Below, piece by piece: positions 39,226-48,038 of a stretch of 64,000 bases of DNA (its first letter is position 1; every line of letters begins with the position of its first letter). A program made the position numbers and the translations under genes. Below the pieces are notes generated by a model, which was not told the DNA's origin, did no database searches, and saw only the letters and a program-made list of their open reading frames with translations. The stretch comes from a virus: the IMG/VR virus record IMGVR_UViG_3300046804_001245, positions 1-64,000 of that record. One strand, written 5' to 3'.

Positions 39226-41005
39226 TTTTAATGATCTCATTGATATTCTTGACGGAGAAGAATTTGATGAAAGACCAGTTGATCTTAAGACATTTGTAAC
39301 AAGCCCAGACTATCTTGGACTACCGCCACTTTCTGAAAATCAATATACATTAATTGAAAAGTCGTCTCAGATTTATAAAGAGTCTACCCTAATAAAATTG
39401 TTTGGCGAAGAAGAAGGTCGTCGTAGATTCAAGCAAACATGTAATGAAGTTATTGCACAACTAGGAAAAGGAAGCGGCAAAGATTACTGCTCTACTATCT
39501 CAGTTTCTTATATAGTTTATTTGCTACTATGCTTAAAAGATCCTGCTACATATTATGGAAAGCCTCCTGGAGATACCATTGATATTCTTAATATTGCTGT
39601 CAACGCACAGCAAGCAAACAATGTTTTCTTTAAGGGATTTAAAACACGCATAGATAGATCACCATGGTTTATTGGAAAGTATGATCCAAAAGCTTCGGAA
39701 GTTAGATTTAACAAGAATGTAAACGTATACTCTGGACACTCTGAGCGTGAAGCATTCGAAGGCTATAACGTAATAGCCGTTATCCTAGATGAAATTTCTG
39801 GATTTGCCACAGAGAATACTACTGGACATGACCAAGCTAAAACTGCAGATGCTATATACGATATGTATCGTGGATCTGTCGTATCTCGTTTTCCAGATTA
39901 CGGCAAAGTAATTCTTTTGTCGTTCCCCCGATTTAAAAATGATCCAATACAAAAATTTTATGATTCTGTAATAGCAGAAAAAGAAACAACAATTAGAACC
40001 AAGAAGTTAAAGATGGATGAAGAGTTGCCAGACGGCACAGAGGGAAATGAATTTGTAGTTGAATGGGAAGAAGATCATATCATCTCTTATACAATTCCAA
40101 AGGTCTATGCTCTCAAAAGACCAACATGGGAAATCAATCCAACTAAAAGCATAGAAAACTTTAAGGTAGAATTTTATAAAAATATGCCAGATGCATTAGG
40201 TCGCTTTGCCTGTATGCCGCCAGAAGCAGTGGATGCTTTCTTTAAGTCTCGTGAGAAAATAGAAAAAGCATTTAATAATATGGCGCTGGCAGTAGACAAC
40301 TTTGGTAGATTTGAAAATTGGTTCGCACCAGACCCTGATAAGGAATACTTCTTGCATGTAGACTTGGCACAAAAGCATGACCATTGTGCCGTATCTATGG
40401 CCCATGTTCAAAAGTGGGTAAATGTAAAAGTAACCGACACATACTCCCAGCCTGCGCCAATCGTAGAAGTAGATGCAGTTAGATATTGGACTCCTACTGC
40501 TGATAAATCTGTAGATTTTACAGAGGTAAAAGATTATATTTTGTCTTTAAGAACTCGTGGATTTAAAATAAGAGTCTGCACATTTGATAGATGGAATTCG
40601 CATGACATGATGCAGCAGCTAAAAGCCTACGGAATAAATACGGAGACTTTGTCAGTTGCCAAAAAGCATTATGATGATATGGCTATGGTAGTGGCGGAAG
40701 AAAGGCTTTCTGGGCCTAATATTAAATTACTTGTAGATGAGCTTTTGCAGCTGAAAATTATGCGTGATAGAGTAGATCATCCAAGAAAAGGATCAAAAGA
40801 CTTGGCGGATGCTGTATGTGGTTCAATATATAACGCCATAAGCAGAAGTAAATTTGAAACTAATCAGGAAATAAATGTGCATACATACGACTCAATTGCA
40901 CGTAGAAATGATAGACAGGAAGAAGACGTTAGACTTAATGTAATTAGACCACCAAAGATGCCTTCAAAATTGGCGGACGTACTAGATGGAATGGAAATAC
41001 TATGA
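39215..41005 (+). CDS. terminase large subunit
   Basis: Walker A GKGSGKD, Walker B VILDE, nuclease HVDLA/FDRW/KDLADA; GTG 39215 with AGAGG SD. Confidence 0.92.
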   Translation: MDLNFNDLIDILDGEEFDERPVDLKTFVTSPDYLGLPPLSENQYTLIEKSSQIYKESTLIKLFGEEEGRRRFKQTCNEVIAQLGKGSGKDYCSTISVSYIVYLLLCLKDPATYYGKPPGDTIDILNIAVNAQQANNVFFKGFKTRIDRSPWFIGKYDPKASEVRFNKNVNVYSGHSEREAFEGYNVIAVILDEISGFATENTTGHDQAKTADAIYDMYRGSVVSRFPDYGKVILLSFPRFKNDPIQKFYDSVIAEKETTIRTKKLKMDEELPDGTEGNEFVVEWEEDHIISYTIPKVYALKRPTWEINPTKSIENFKVEFYKNMPDALGRFACMPPEAVDAFFKSREKIEKAFNNMALAVDNFGRFENWFAPDPDKEYFLHVDLAQKHDHCAVSMAHVQKWVNVKVTDTYSQPAPIVEVDAVRYWTPTADKSVDFTEVKDYILSLRTRGFKIRVCTFDRWNSHDMMQQLKAYGINTETLSVAKKHYDDMAMVVAEERLSGPNIKLLVDELLQLKIMRDRVDHPRKGSKDLADAVCGSIYNAISRSKFETNQEINVHTYDSIARRNDRQEEDVRLNVIRPPKMPSKLADVLDGMEIL

Positions 41006-41253
41006 GCATATATCAAGATAAAGCTAAAGAATGTAAATGCTGTGGAAAACATGTACCACTGCCTACTACCCTAAAAGAGTATGCGGGATATATGCTTTGC
41101 CCTACCACATTTGCAAATGTAGTTGAATATAAGAGATTGTGGAAATCTCTTGGATCAAGACCACCTGGAAGCGTCAGAAAACATTTCTCTGATTACGTCC
41201 AGCAGTTAGTGGAGACAACCATTGACAAAAATGAGGATGGCACAATACAATAG
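41002..41253 (+). CDS. hypothetical Cys-containing protein
   Basis: CKCCG..LCP; ATGA-coupled. Confidence 0.55.
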   Translation: MSIYQDKAKECKCCGKHVPLPTTLKEYAGYMLCPTTFANVVEYKRLWKSLGSRPPGSVRKHFSDYVQQLVETTIDKNEDGTIQ

Positions 41254-41259
41254 GGCTAG

Positions 41260-41333
41260 GTGGCGTTAGCTCAGTTGGTCAGAGCCCCAAACTCATAATT
41301 TGGCCGTCGTAGGTTCAAGTCCTACACGCCACA
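41260..41333 (+). tRNA. tRNA with CAT anticodon (elongator Met or Ile2); CCA not encoded
   Basis: Acceptor GTGGCGT/ACGCCAC, D arm GCTC/GAGC, CCAAA-CTCATAA-TTTGG, T arm GTAGG-TTCAAGT-CCTAC; promoter TTGACA 41222/TACAAT 41246. Confidence 0.92.
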
Positions 41334-41355
41334 CAAAAGAGAGTATAATAAAGAT

Positions 41356-41670
41356 ATGGATGAAGAGGAGTTCGGAATGGAGCTAGAGCACTATTTAGAA
41401 ATAGGCGCAATAACTCTGGAAGGCATGGATGAAAATGGTGAACTTATATTTGCCATAGATGAAAAAGCTAAAGACATAGCACCAGAATTATGGGAAGCTC
41501 ATACAAGTTATGTCGATGAAACTCTTGTTAAGTTATATGAAAAAGGTTTGATGGAGGTTGAATATGATGAAAATCTTGAAGCAACACTACATCTTAGTCC
41601 AGAAGGACAAAAGCTTGCAAAAGAATTGGGGCTAATCCAAATGGATATGCCAGAGCCCCCAAATGATTAG
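41356..41670 (+). CDS. acidic hypothetical protein
   Basis: Leaderless after TATAAT 41344. Confidence 0.6.
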   Translation: MDEEEFGMELEHYLEIGAITLEGMDENGELIFAIDEKAKDIAPELWEAHTSYVDETLVKLYEKGLMEVEYDENLEATLHLSPEGQKLAKELGLIQMDMPEPPND

Positions 41671-41678
41671 GAGATAAT

Positions 41679-41858
41679 ATGCCATACAATATTAAACAGA
41701 ATGTAGCAGGGTGCAGAGGGTTTGCAGTAGTTAATGATAAGGGCGAACTTAAAGGATGTCACCCAAGCAGAGGAAGAGCATTGGCTCATCAAAGAGCCCT
41801 ATATGCCGCAACAGCAAATGAAGAAAAGATGAAAGAGAAGAAAAAACGCATCTTGTAA
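41679..41858 (+). CDS. small phage protein MPY..GC.G.AVV...GCH (not in ORF track)
   Basis: AGGAG SD, 59 aa open frame. Confidence 0.65.
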   Translation: MPYNIKQNVAGCRGFAVVNDKGELKGCHPSRGRALAHQRALYAATANEEKMKEKKKRIL

Positions 41859-41872
41859 TCTAAAAAGCTTTT

Positions 41873-41943
41873 TGCTATAATATATGTGGGTCGCCGTCAG
41901 GGGCCCACATATTAATTTATTCGCTTGAAGGAGGAATAAAATG
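41873..41943 (+). promoter_or_regulatory. hsp20 promoter and ROSE-like structured 5'UTR
   Basis: TGCTATAAT; hairpin ATATGTGGG/CCCACATAT; TTTATTC-G-CTT/GAG-GAATAAA sequestering the SD. Confidence 0.65.
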
Positions 41944-42450
41944 GTTACAAACCTATCATTGGATCTTTTTAAAGATCCATTTTTTATTGGCTGGGATCGC
42001 CATATTAAAGATCTTGAAAAACTTATGGGTGCATCTACTAATTACCCGCCATACAATCTAAAACAAATTGGAGAAGACTCCTATGCTGTTGAAATTGCTT
42101 TGGCAGGATTTAGCAAAGAAGACATCACGGTAAAACAGGAAAAAAATGTTTTAACGATTACTGGTGAAAGCAAATCAGACACCAGTAGCACCTACATTCA
42201 CAGAGGCATTGGAGGTCGCAATTTTACAAGAACATTTTCTCTTGCAGAATATGTTGAAGTACATAGCGCTATAATGCTACAAGGAATGCTAATAGTTAAT
42301 TTAATCAAGAGGGTTCCAGAGGAAGCAAAACCAAAAGTGTTTTCAATTACTGATGGTGATGAATTAGCCGCAATTTCTGGCGCAGAGCAGGATGAAATGC
42401 TTGAGCAGGCAGAAAAAGAAGGCCTCTTGAAACGCAAGAAGAAGAAATAG
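41941..42450 (+). CDS. small heat shock protein Hsp20 (IbpA-like)
   Basis: NYPPYN, EIALAGF, YIHRGI..RNFTRTF, PEEAKPK. Confidence 0.93.
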   Translation: MVTNLSLDLFKDPFFIGWDRHIKDLEKLMGASTNYPPYNLKQIGEDSYAVEIALAGFSKEDITVKQEKNVLTITGESKSDTSSTYIHRGIGGRNFTRTFSLAEYVEVHSAIMLQGMLIVNLIKRVPEEAKPKVFSITDGDELAAISGAEQDEMLEQAEKEGLLKRKKKK

Positions 42451-42459
42451 TATAATGGT

Positions 42460-42563
42460 ATCCTGGGCATCGCAGCCTAGGATCGTCGGGGAAGACAGCG
42501 ACGAAAAATAACTGGTATAGTCCTGAGCATGACTGTAAAAAACTGCTCCTTAAATTTAGGAGA
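42460..42563 (+). ncRNA. structured leader RNA: two hairpins plus H-type pseudoknot
   Basis: After TTGAAA-N18-TATAAT; ATAGTC/GACTGT stem with loop GAGCA pairing to TGCTC. Confidence 0.5.
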
Positions 42564-42566
42564 TAA

Positions 42567-42749
42567 ATGCCAGCGTATGATTACAAGTGTGTGATATGTT
42601 CATACACAAAAGAAATACCTAAGCCAATAACGCAAGCTGATATGGTTGAGCTTTGTGAAAAATGTGGTGCTGCAATGGTTAAACAATACGGTACATTTGG
42701 CATTCAATTCAAGGGCACAGGCTTTTATAAAACAGACAACGCTAAATAA
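42567..42749 (+). CDS. FmdB-family zinc-ribbon protein
   Basis: MPAYDYKC..C...CEKCG...FKGTGFYKTD. Confidence 0.85.
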   Translation: MPAYDYKCVICSYTKEIPKPITQADMVELCEKCGAAMVKQYGTFGIQFKGTGFYKTDNAK

Positions 42750-42798
42750 TTTAATGTTATAATTAACTTGTTACAAAAGTTGTAACAAGGAGTTTAAG

Positions 42799-44322
42799 TT
42801 GACTGGAACTAAATTATGGAGACTATCATTAGCCGCAATTTTAATGTTTGGCTGGGTTTTTCTTGTTCCATCAAATGCATACGCAACTTGCGTTAACTAT
42901 TTACAGTCACAAACAATAGCAGCCGCCTACGAGGGCGACCCAGCCCCAACAGTCAATACGATGGATACATGCGGCGGCGACGATACATCTTATCAAATTC
43001 CAATAGCTACAACAATAACATTTGACGGTGTACAGTATTCAAATGTATACGCAACAACTAACTCAGTAATTACATTTGGACAGGCAGATAATACGTATTG
43101 GGATTATCCACAAACCCCGTCAATTTCTTTATATTCTATGGATTGGGTTACTGGTTGGTATGGCGCTCCAAATACTTTAGACATATTATATTCAGAAGGC
43201 GGATTTCAATTAAATATGCAGGCTATTCCATTTGGTCAATGGGGGGCTGAGCCAAGCACTATAAATATATTAGTAGCTATTACTAATACTGGAAGTCTTG
43301 CAGTATCATATAGTTATCAAGGACCAGAATATAATAATATGAGAACTGGCGTTAGGCTACATGATGGATCTATTGTGTCTTTAGAAGCATGGGGAGCAAC
43401 ACAGATACAGCCAGGATCTTCTACTCCAACACTAGAGCCAGAGCCAGTTGTTGTTGGACCAACACAAGAACAGTTAGCAGTACAAGAAGAAATGCGTGTT
43501 ACTGCAAATTTAATTGCTAATGCAATTGCTAATGCACAAAATGTAGAGCCTAATCCTGAACCATCGCCTGAGCAAACTCAACCAATCGATCCCACTCCAA
43601 CTCCAACACCTGAAACAACTTCTGAACCAGAACCAACTCCAAGTCCTGAGCCATCGCCCACTGTTGAGCCTTCACCAGAGCCTTCACCTCAGCCAACGGA
43701 TATAGATCCAACCCCAGAGCCAACACCTGAGCCATCTCCAATCGAACTTTCTCCAGAACCATCTCCAGATAATACCACAGAACCAGAAATTGTGGTAGTA
43801 GAGCCAGAAGTAATTACTCCAGAAGATCCACGTTTTCCAGAAGAAGATATTGTAATATTAGTTGAAGATAAAACAGAAAATACAGAAGTGTCTGAAGATA
43901 TGTCCAGGCTACTTGCCGATCTTACAAGCAGCCAAACTCTTGCAACATTAAGTCCAGAACAGAAAGCTGCAGTCGCTTCCACTCTTGGCATTAGGTCTGA
44001 AGAGGTTACGAAAGTAGTGGAATTAGCAAAAACAAATGAGGCAGTAGCAGAAGCATTACAGGAATTTGGAAATAGGGCAAATAAAAATATTGATGCCCCA
44101 ATGCCATATACATTAGCAGATGCTGTAACAGAGGTTCAAACAGAAAAATTTTTGGCGGATCCAATAGGAACATTAACAGATATAGATTTAGAAAAAGTTT
44201 TAGACCCATCAGAATGGGGTAAAGATATGACAGATGACCAAAGAGAAAAAGCACAGGAAGTTGTTATTCCTGTAATTATTGCAAGTAATATTGTGGCAGC
44301 AGCCATGACAAGGAGGAAATAA
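42799..44322 (+). CDS. secreted/membrane-anchored protein with Pro-Glu-Thr linker
   Basis: Signal peptide, beta-rich domain, (PEPS/PTP)n, C-terminal hydrophobic segment. Confidence 0.7.
   Translation: MTGTKLWRLSLAAILMFGWVFLVPSNAYATCVNYLQSQTIAAAYEGDPAPTVNTMDTCGGDDTSYQIPIATTITFDGVQYSNVYATTNSVITFGQADNTYWDYPQTPSISLYSMDWVTGWYGAPNTLDILYSEGGFQLNMQAIPFGQWGAEPSTINILVAITNTGSLAVSYSYQGPEYNNMRTGVRLHDGSIVSLEAWGATQIQPGSSTPTLEPEPVVVGPTQEQLAVQEEMRVTANLIANAIANAQNVEPNPEPSPEQTQPIDPTPTPTPETTSEPEPTPSPEPSPTVEPSPEPSPQPTDIDPTPEPTPEPSPIELSPEPSPDNTTEPEIVVVEPEVITPEDPRFPEEDIVILVEDKTENTEVSEDMSRLLADLTSSQTLATLSPEQKAAVASTLGIRSEEVTKVVELAKTNEAVAEALQEFGNRANKNIDAPMPYTLADAVTEVQTEKFLADPIGTLTDIDLEKVLDPSEWGKDMTDDQREKAQEVVIPVIIASNIVAAAMTRRK
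43546..43790 (+). repeat. PEPSP/PTP low-complexity coding repeats
   Basis: Visible in translation. Confidence 0.75.
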
Positions 44323-44516
44323 TGAAAATAATTAAGGGAATCCTGAATTATGCTTGGGAGGTAATTAAAGAAAGCATTGCCCAAATATTTACCCTACTTG
44401 GATTTTTTATAGCATGGTTAACCCTTACAGGGACAGCCCAGCAAGTTGTAGGTATAGCAACAGTAATTTCTACTGTTATTTGGCTTGCTACCATCCCTCT
44501 TCGAAAAGAAGAATAG
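44322..44516 (+). CDS. small 2-TM membrane protein (holin candidate)
   Basis: Two hydrophobic segments, charged C-terminus, near endolysin. Confidence 0.45.
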   Translation: MKIIKGILNYAWEVIKESIAQIFTLLGFFIAWLTLTGTAQQVVGIATVISTVIWLATIPLRKEE

Positions 44517-44534
44517 AAATGCTATAATAGAGGC

Positions 44535-44756
44535 ATGAGAAAATTAGGTGCCTCATTAGCTAGTTTGATGCTAGCCCTCACAGTTACATCGTGTAATTTT
44601 GATGGTTCATTCCGTTATGAATGCCAAGACCAATCAAATTGGGAAAAGGCAGAGTGTAATCCTCCAATTTGTGAGACTACTGGAACCTGTTCAAGAGATT
44701 TAGTAGGACAGGAAATATGGGATGAGTACCAAAAGACAAAGGTAAAAAATGGCTAA
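44535..44756 (+). CDS. small lipoprotein
   Basis: Lipobox LTVTSC; four further Cys; leaderless after TGCTATAAT. Confidence 0.62.
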   Translation: MRKLGASLASLMLALTVTSCNFDGSFRYECQDQSNWEKAECNPPICETTGTCSRDLVGQEIWDEYQKTKVKNG

Positions 44757-45192
44757 AGAAAGATTAACTCCGCAAGATCTTGATGCAAGATTAAAATTCA
44801 TTTTAGGAATTACGCTTGGATCAATTCTATTCCTAACATCAATTGGAATTCTTTACGGATTGTTGTTTGTTACACAACCAATAGGAGCACAGTCAGAAAA
44901 TGACAAGATGTTCTTTAATGTATTGGGAAGCGTTGCAACATTTATTACAGGAACATTGGCGGGTCTACTAATTGGACAGTCTGGTGCAAAAGATATTATG
45001 AAGGCACAGTTAGACAATAAAGAAATGGACGCTAAGAATACTCAGGCGGATAAGAAACTTGAGTCAGAATTAGAAATTAATGAATTGAAAGCAGATGTCG
45101 AAGCAGATGCAGTTAGAGCACGTCTTGCTGCAAAACCTGATGGCCAGATGCCAGCAGAACAACCAATAGATCTAGATTGGGATAAGGACTAA
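44749..45192 (+). CDS. 2-TM membrane protein (holin-like)
   Basis: Two TM helices then coiled-coil; directly before endolysin. Confidence 0.55.
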   Translation: MAKERLTPQDLDARLKFILGITLGSILFLTSIGILYGLLFVTQPIGAQSENDKMFFNVLGSVATFITGTLAGLLIGQSGAKDIMKAQLDNKEMDAKNTQADKKLESELEINELKADVEADAVRARLAAKPDGQMPAEQPIDLDWDKD

Positions 45193-45194
45193 TC

Positions 45195-45734
45195 ATGTCA
45201 GATAATTTTCCAGTACCAGCAGAAACACCAAAAGCTCCAAAAGGTAGCGCTGCTCGTTTAATTCAGGTTGCTAAATCTCAGGTTGGATATATTGAGGGTC
45301 CAAAAGACAATGAGACAAAGTATGGTGCGTTCACAAAAGCTAATTTCCAGCCTTGGTGCGGATCTTTTGTAATGTGGTGTGCAGATCAAGCAGGAGTTAA
45401 AGTTCCAAACACCGTGTATACTCCAGGTGGCGCAGCAGCATTTAAAAAGAAAAACGCTTGGATTGACGGAGATCTAGCAGATCCAGAACCAGGAGACATT
45501 GCCTATTTTGATTTCCCTGCAGATGGAGTAGATAGAATTTCTCACGTTGGAATTGTTATTGAAGATAATGAAGACGGAACTGTTTGGTGTGTAGAGGGAA
45601 ATACATCAAGCAATAAAAAAGGTAGTCAAAGAAATGGCGGAGAAGCCTGCAGACAACTCCGTGCATTCAAAAAAAATAGTAAAAAGGTGCCAATTACCAT
45701 AGTAGGATTTGGACGCCCTAAATTTAAAGCATAA
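45195..45734 (+). CDS. CHAP-domain endolysin/amidase
   Basis: PWCGSFVMW, PGDIAYF, SHVGIV, VEGNT, GFGRP. Confidence 0.85.
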   Translation: MSDNFPVPAETPKAPKGSAARLIQVAKSQVGYIEGPKDNETKYGAFTKANFQPWCGSFVMWCADQAGVKVPNTVYTPGGAAAFKKKNAWIDGDLADPEPGDIAYFDFPADGVDRISHVGIVIEDNEDGTVWCVEGNTSSNKKGSQRNGGEACRQLRAFKKNSKKVPITIVGFGRPKFKA

Positions 45735-45877
45735 TGAACACATATAAGGTAAAATTAGAGATTGAAGCAGAAATACAGGCATTCGATGAAAATGACGCTG
45801 TAGATTATTTGAACGATATATTCGGAGTTGATGACGAAGTCAGAAATGTCAAAGTTGTCAGCGTAAAGGAGAAATGA
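45734..45877 (+). CDS. hypothetical protein (not in ORF track)
   Basis: 47 aa, TAATG and TGATG coupled. Confidence 0.55.
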   Translation: MNTYKVKLEIEAEIQAFDENDAVDYLNDIFGVDDEVRNVKVVSVKEK

Positions 45878-46935
45878 TGGCTAAAGAAGGATATTCGCCA
45901 ACGGCAGGAATGAAGTCCGCAGCAAAGCGGGCTATTCGTTGGAAAGAACAGGGTAAAGCAACAGGTGCAGGAACTGCAGTTGGCTGGACTCGTGCTGGAC
46001 AATTAGCTAGAGGTGAAACACTAAGCCTCTCTACTGTTAAGCGCATGTACTCCTTCTTTTCCAGACATGAAGTAGACAAAAAAGGTAAAGATTTTTATAA
46101 TACTTCTAACCCCTCAAATGGGCGGATTATGTGGGACGCATGGGGTGGAGATGCTGGTTTCTCTTGGTCTCGCAAAATTGTAGAAAGAGAAAAGAATATG
46201 AAAAAATCATATGTACAAGAAGACCTAATTGAAGAAATTAAAGATATGCTAACAGATGCAGTAGAGCCATTTGATACTGTTGTTGAAATTGATGACGACG
46301 AAGAAATCAAAAAAGCTTTACGTCCAGAAGTAACTAAAGAACAGCTTGGCATGGTAATTGAACATCTTATGGAAGCAATTGAAGGAATGATTGAAGTGCC
46401 AGAAGAAGAGTCCCCAGACTCAGAGTCTGATGCAGAAACGCCAGAAGCAGAAGACAATGGCGTTCCTCCTGTTGGAGACCCTATGAAGAATGAAATTAAT
46501 TATCCTGTTGCGAAAGTTCATGACGAAGAGGATAAAGAAGAAGTATATAAGTCTGATAATGAAGATGAAGATAAATGGGACAATGAAATGCAAAAGTGCT
46601 GGTCTGGGTATACGCAGGTTGGCATGAAAGAAAAGGGTGGACGTATGGTACCAAATTGTGTACCATCATCCAGCGTTAAGAAATCTTTATTTGCAGATAA
46701 ACTAGATCCATTTGATCTTGTAAAGCGTAAATTTACAGCAGAGCAACGCCGTAGCATGGCAGAAGAAGGCAAGGCCATGCCAGATGGGTCATATCCAATT
46801 GCTAACCGCACAGACCTAATGAATGCAATTCGTTCATGGGGACGTGGCGGAGCAGATCCAAAGGTAAAAGCACATATTAAGCGTCGTGCAAAGGCACTTG
46901 GCGCATCAGATATGATTCCAGAAAACTGGAAATAA
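45874..46935 (+). CDS. multi-module head-associated protein
   Basis: TVKRMYSFFSRH/WGGDAG module, CWSGY...VPNCVP module, AMPDGSYPI...HIKRRA.ALG module separated by acidic linkers. Confidence 0.6.
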   Translation: MMAKEGYSPTAGMKSAAKRAIRWKEQGKATGAGTAVGWTRAGQLARGETLSLSTVKRMYSFFSRHEVDKKGKDFYNTSNPSNGRIMWDAWGGDAGFSWSRKIVEREKNMKKSYVQEDLIEEIKDMLTDAVEPFDTVVEIDDDEEIKKALRPEVTKEQLGMVIEHLMEAIEGMIEVPEEESPDSESDAETPEAEDNGVPPVGDPMKNEINYPVAKVHDEEDKEEVYKSDNEDEDKWDNEMQKCWSGYTQVGMKEKGGRMVPNCVPSSSVKKSLFADKLDPFDLVKRKFTAEQRRSMAEEGKAMPDGSYPIANRTDLMNAIRSWGRGGADPKVKAHIKRRAKALGASDMIPENWK

Positions 46936-46938
46936 GTA

Positions 46939-46996
46939 TTGACATAGCCGCAGTAATTCCTGTATAATATATATATTGGGATGCTGCGGTTTAGTC
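46939..46996 (+). promoter_or_regulatory. consensus promoter TTGACA-N18-TATAAT within an inverted repeat
   Basis: CCGCAG/CTGCGG and GAC/GTC arms flank the -10. Confidence 0.65.
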
Positions 46997-47009
46997 TATA
47001 AAAGGGAAA

Positions 47010-47243
47010 ATGTTAAACCTAAATTTACAAGGTGTTGAAATCTTCATAAAAAAAGCGCAGACAGAAAAAATAAATACTTTCTGGGAAAATTATGATCTTT
47101 TAATATGGAATAAAAATATCAACGGATATACAAGCAAAAACGGCATGTTTCGAAAGAATACATGGGGGACGGCAGAAAGAATAGCCGTCAACAATAATGG
47201 TATATGGAAGCTTCCTATAAAGTATGTCAAATATTTTAAATGA
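47010..47243 (+). CDS. hypothetical protein
   Basis: ORF with SD downstream of promoter. Confidence 0.55.
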   Translation: MLNLNLQGVEIFIKKAQTEKINTFWENYDLLIWNKNINGYTSKNGMFRKNTWGTAERIAVNNNGIWKLPIKYVKYFK

Positions 47244-47535
47244 TTTAGGTGTAGATACAGACGATTTTGACTGGTGGCATCTAGCAGTATGTCGTGGAAT
47301 GGATACAAATCTATTCTATGATAAGTATGAAGTAGACGCCAACATAGCAAAAAATATAGACGACGCATGCTTGTCATGCCCAGTACTTAAAATGTGCTAT
47401 GAATCAGGCATAGAAAAAGCAGAGTATGGAGTATGGGGTGGCGTCTATATGTCATCAGGAGAAATAGATAAATCTAAGAATCTCCACAAAACTCCAGAAA
47501 TTTGGAAGAAACTAAGGAGTAAAGGTGTCGCTTAG
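47224..47535 (+). CDS. whiB: WhiB-family Fe-S transcription factor
   Basis: W..AVC...LFY...C..CPV...C...GVWGG. Confidence 0.9.
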   Translation: MSNILNDLGVDTDDFDWWHLAVCRGMDTNLFYDKYEVDANIAKNIDDACLSCPVLKMCYESGIEKAEYGVWGGVYMSSGEIDKSKNLHKTPEIWKKLRSKGVA

Positions 47536-47854
47536 CAATAGCAGTCATTTTTATGATAAAGGCCATTTCAAACATGGCATTAATCAATGGACGGGCGAAC
47601 CAAATAAACCAGTATTTTATAATGACGAAATGAAAAAAAAGATCAGAGAGATAAGGCAACCTATGTTGCTCATGATGGATATTGCAATGTACCCAGACTT
47701 TCTAGCGATCAGATTATACGAAGATAATTTTTTACAGTTTGACGGAAGCAAAAAAGAAGAAGTAATTTCTTATGTTGATAAGGTTAAAAAAGTAATAGAA
47801 TCATTTGGTGTAAGATGTGAACTAGAGGGGGTACCAAGTGCAAGAGTATTATGA
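47525..47854 (+). CDS. hypothetical protein
   Basis: Coupled ORF, AAGGAG SD. Confidence 0.55.
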   Translation: MSLSNSSHFYDKGHFKHGINQWTGEPNKPVFYNDEMKKKIREIRQPMLLMMDIAMYPDFLAIRLYEDNFLQFDGSKKEEVISYVDKVKKVIESFGVRCELEGVPSARVL

Positions 47855-48038
47855 GATAATTAACATTGTATATATATATGAAGAAAGAGTTTACGGAACA
47901 GTGGATAAGCTTGGAGCGTTTGCATCTTTGGTAAAATATAATAAAGACGGAATAGATTGCGAAGTTTTATTAGAAAATGACGAGTTCGCTATAGTAGACG
48001 AAATCGTATTTCATCACGTAGAGGAAGATAATGGATAA
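47838..48038 (+). CDS. hypothetical protein
   Basis: Coupled ORF. Confidence 0.5.
   Translation: MQEYYEIINIVYIYEERVYGTVDKLGAFASLVKYNKDGIDCEVLLENDEFAIVDEIVFHHVEEDNG

Noticed and set aside
26295-41005. Inteins or introns in DnaB, DnaE, RecA, terminase
   Set aside because: Lengths are ordinary, reading frames continuous, no C..HN splice motifs or homing endonuclease inserts seen
42517-42548. Hammerhead ribozyme (CTGAG..., AAA)
   Set aside because: Core would need CUGANGA and GAAA with three stems; the sequence reads CUGAGCA and fits a pseudoknot better
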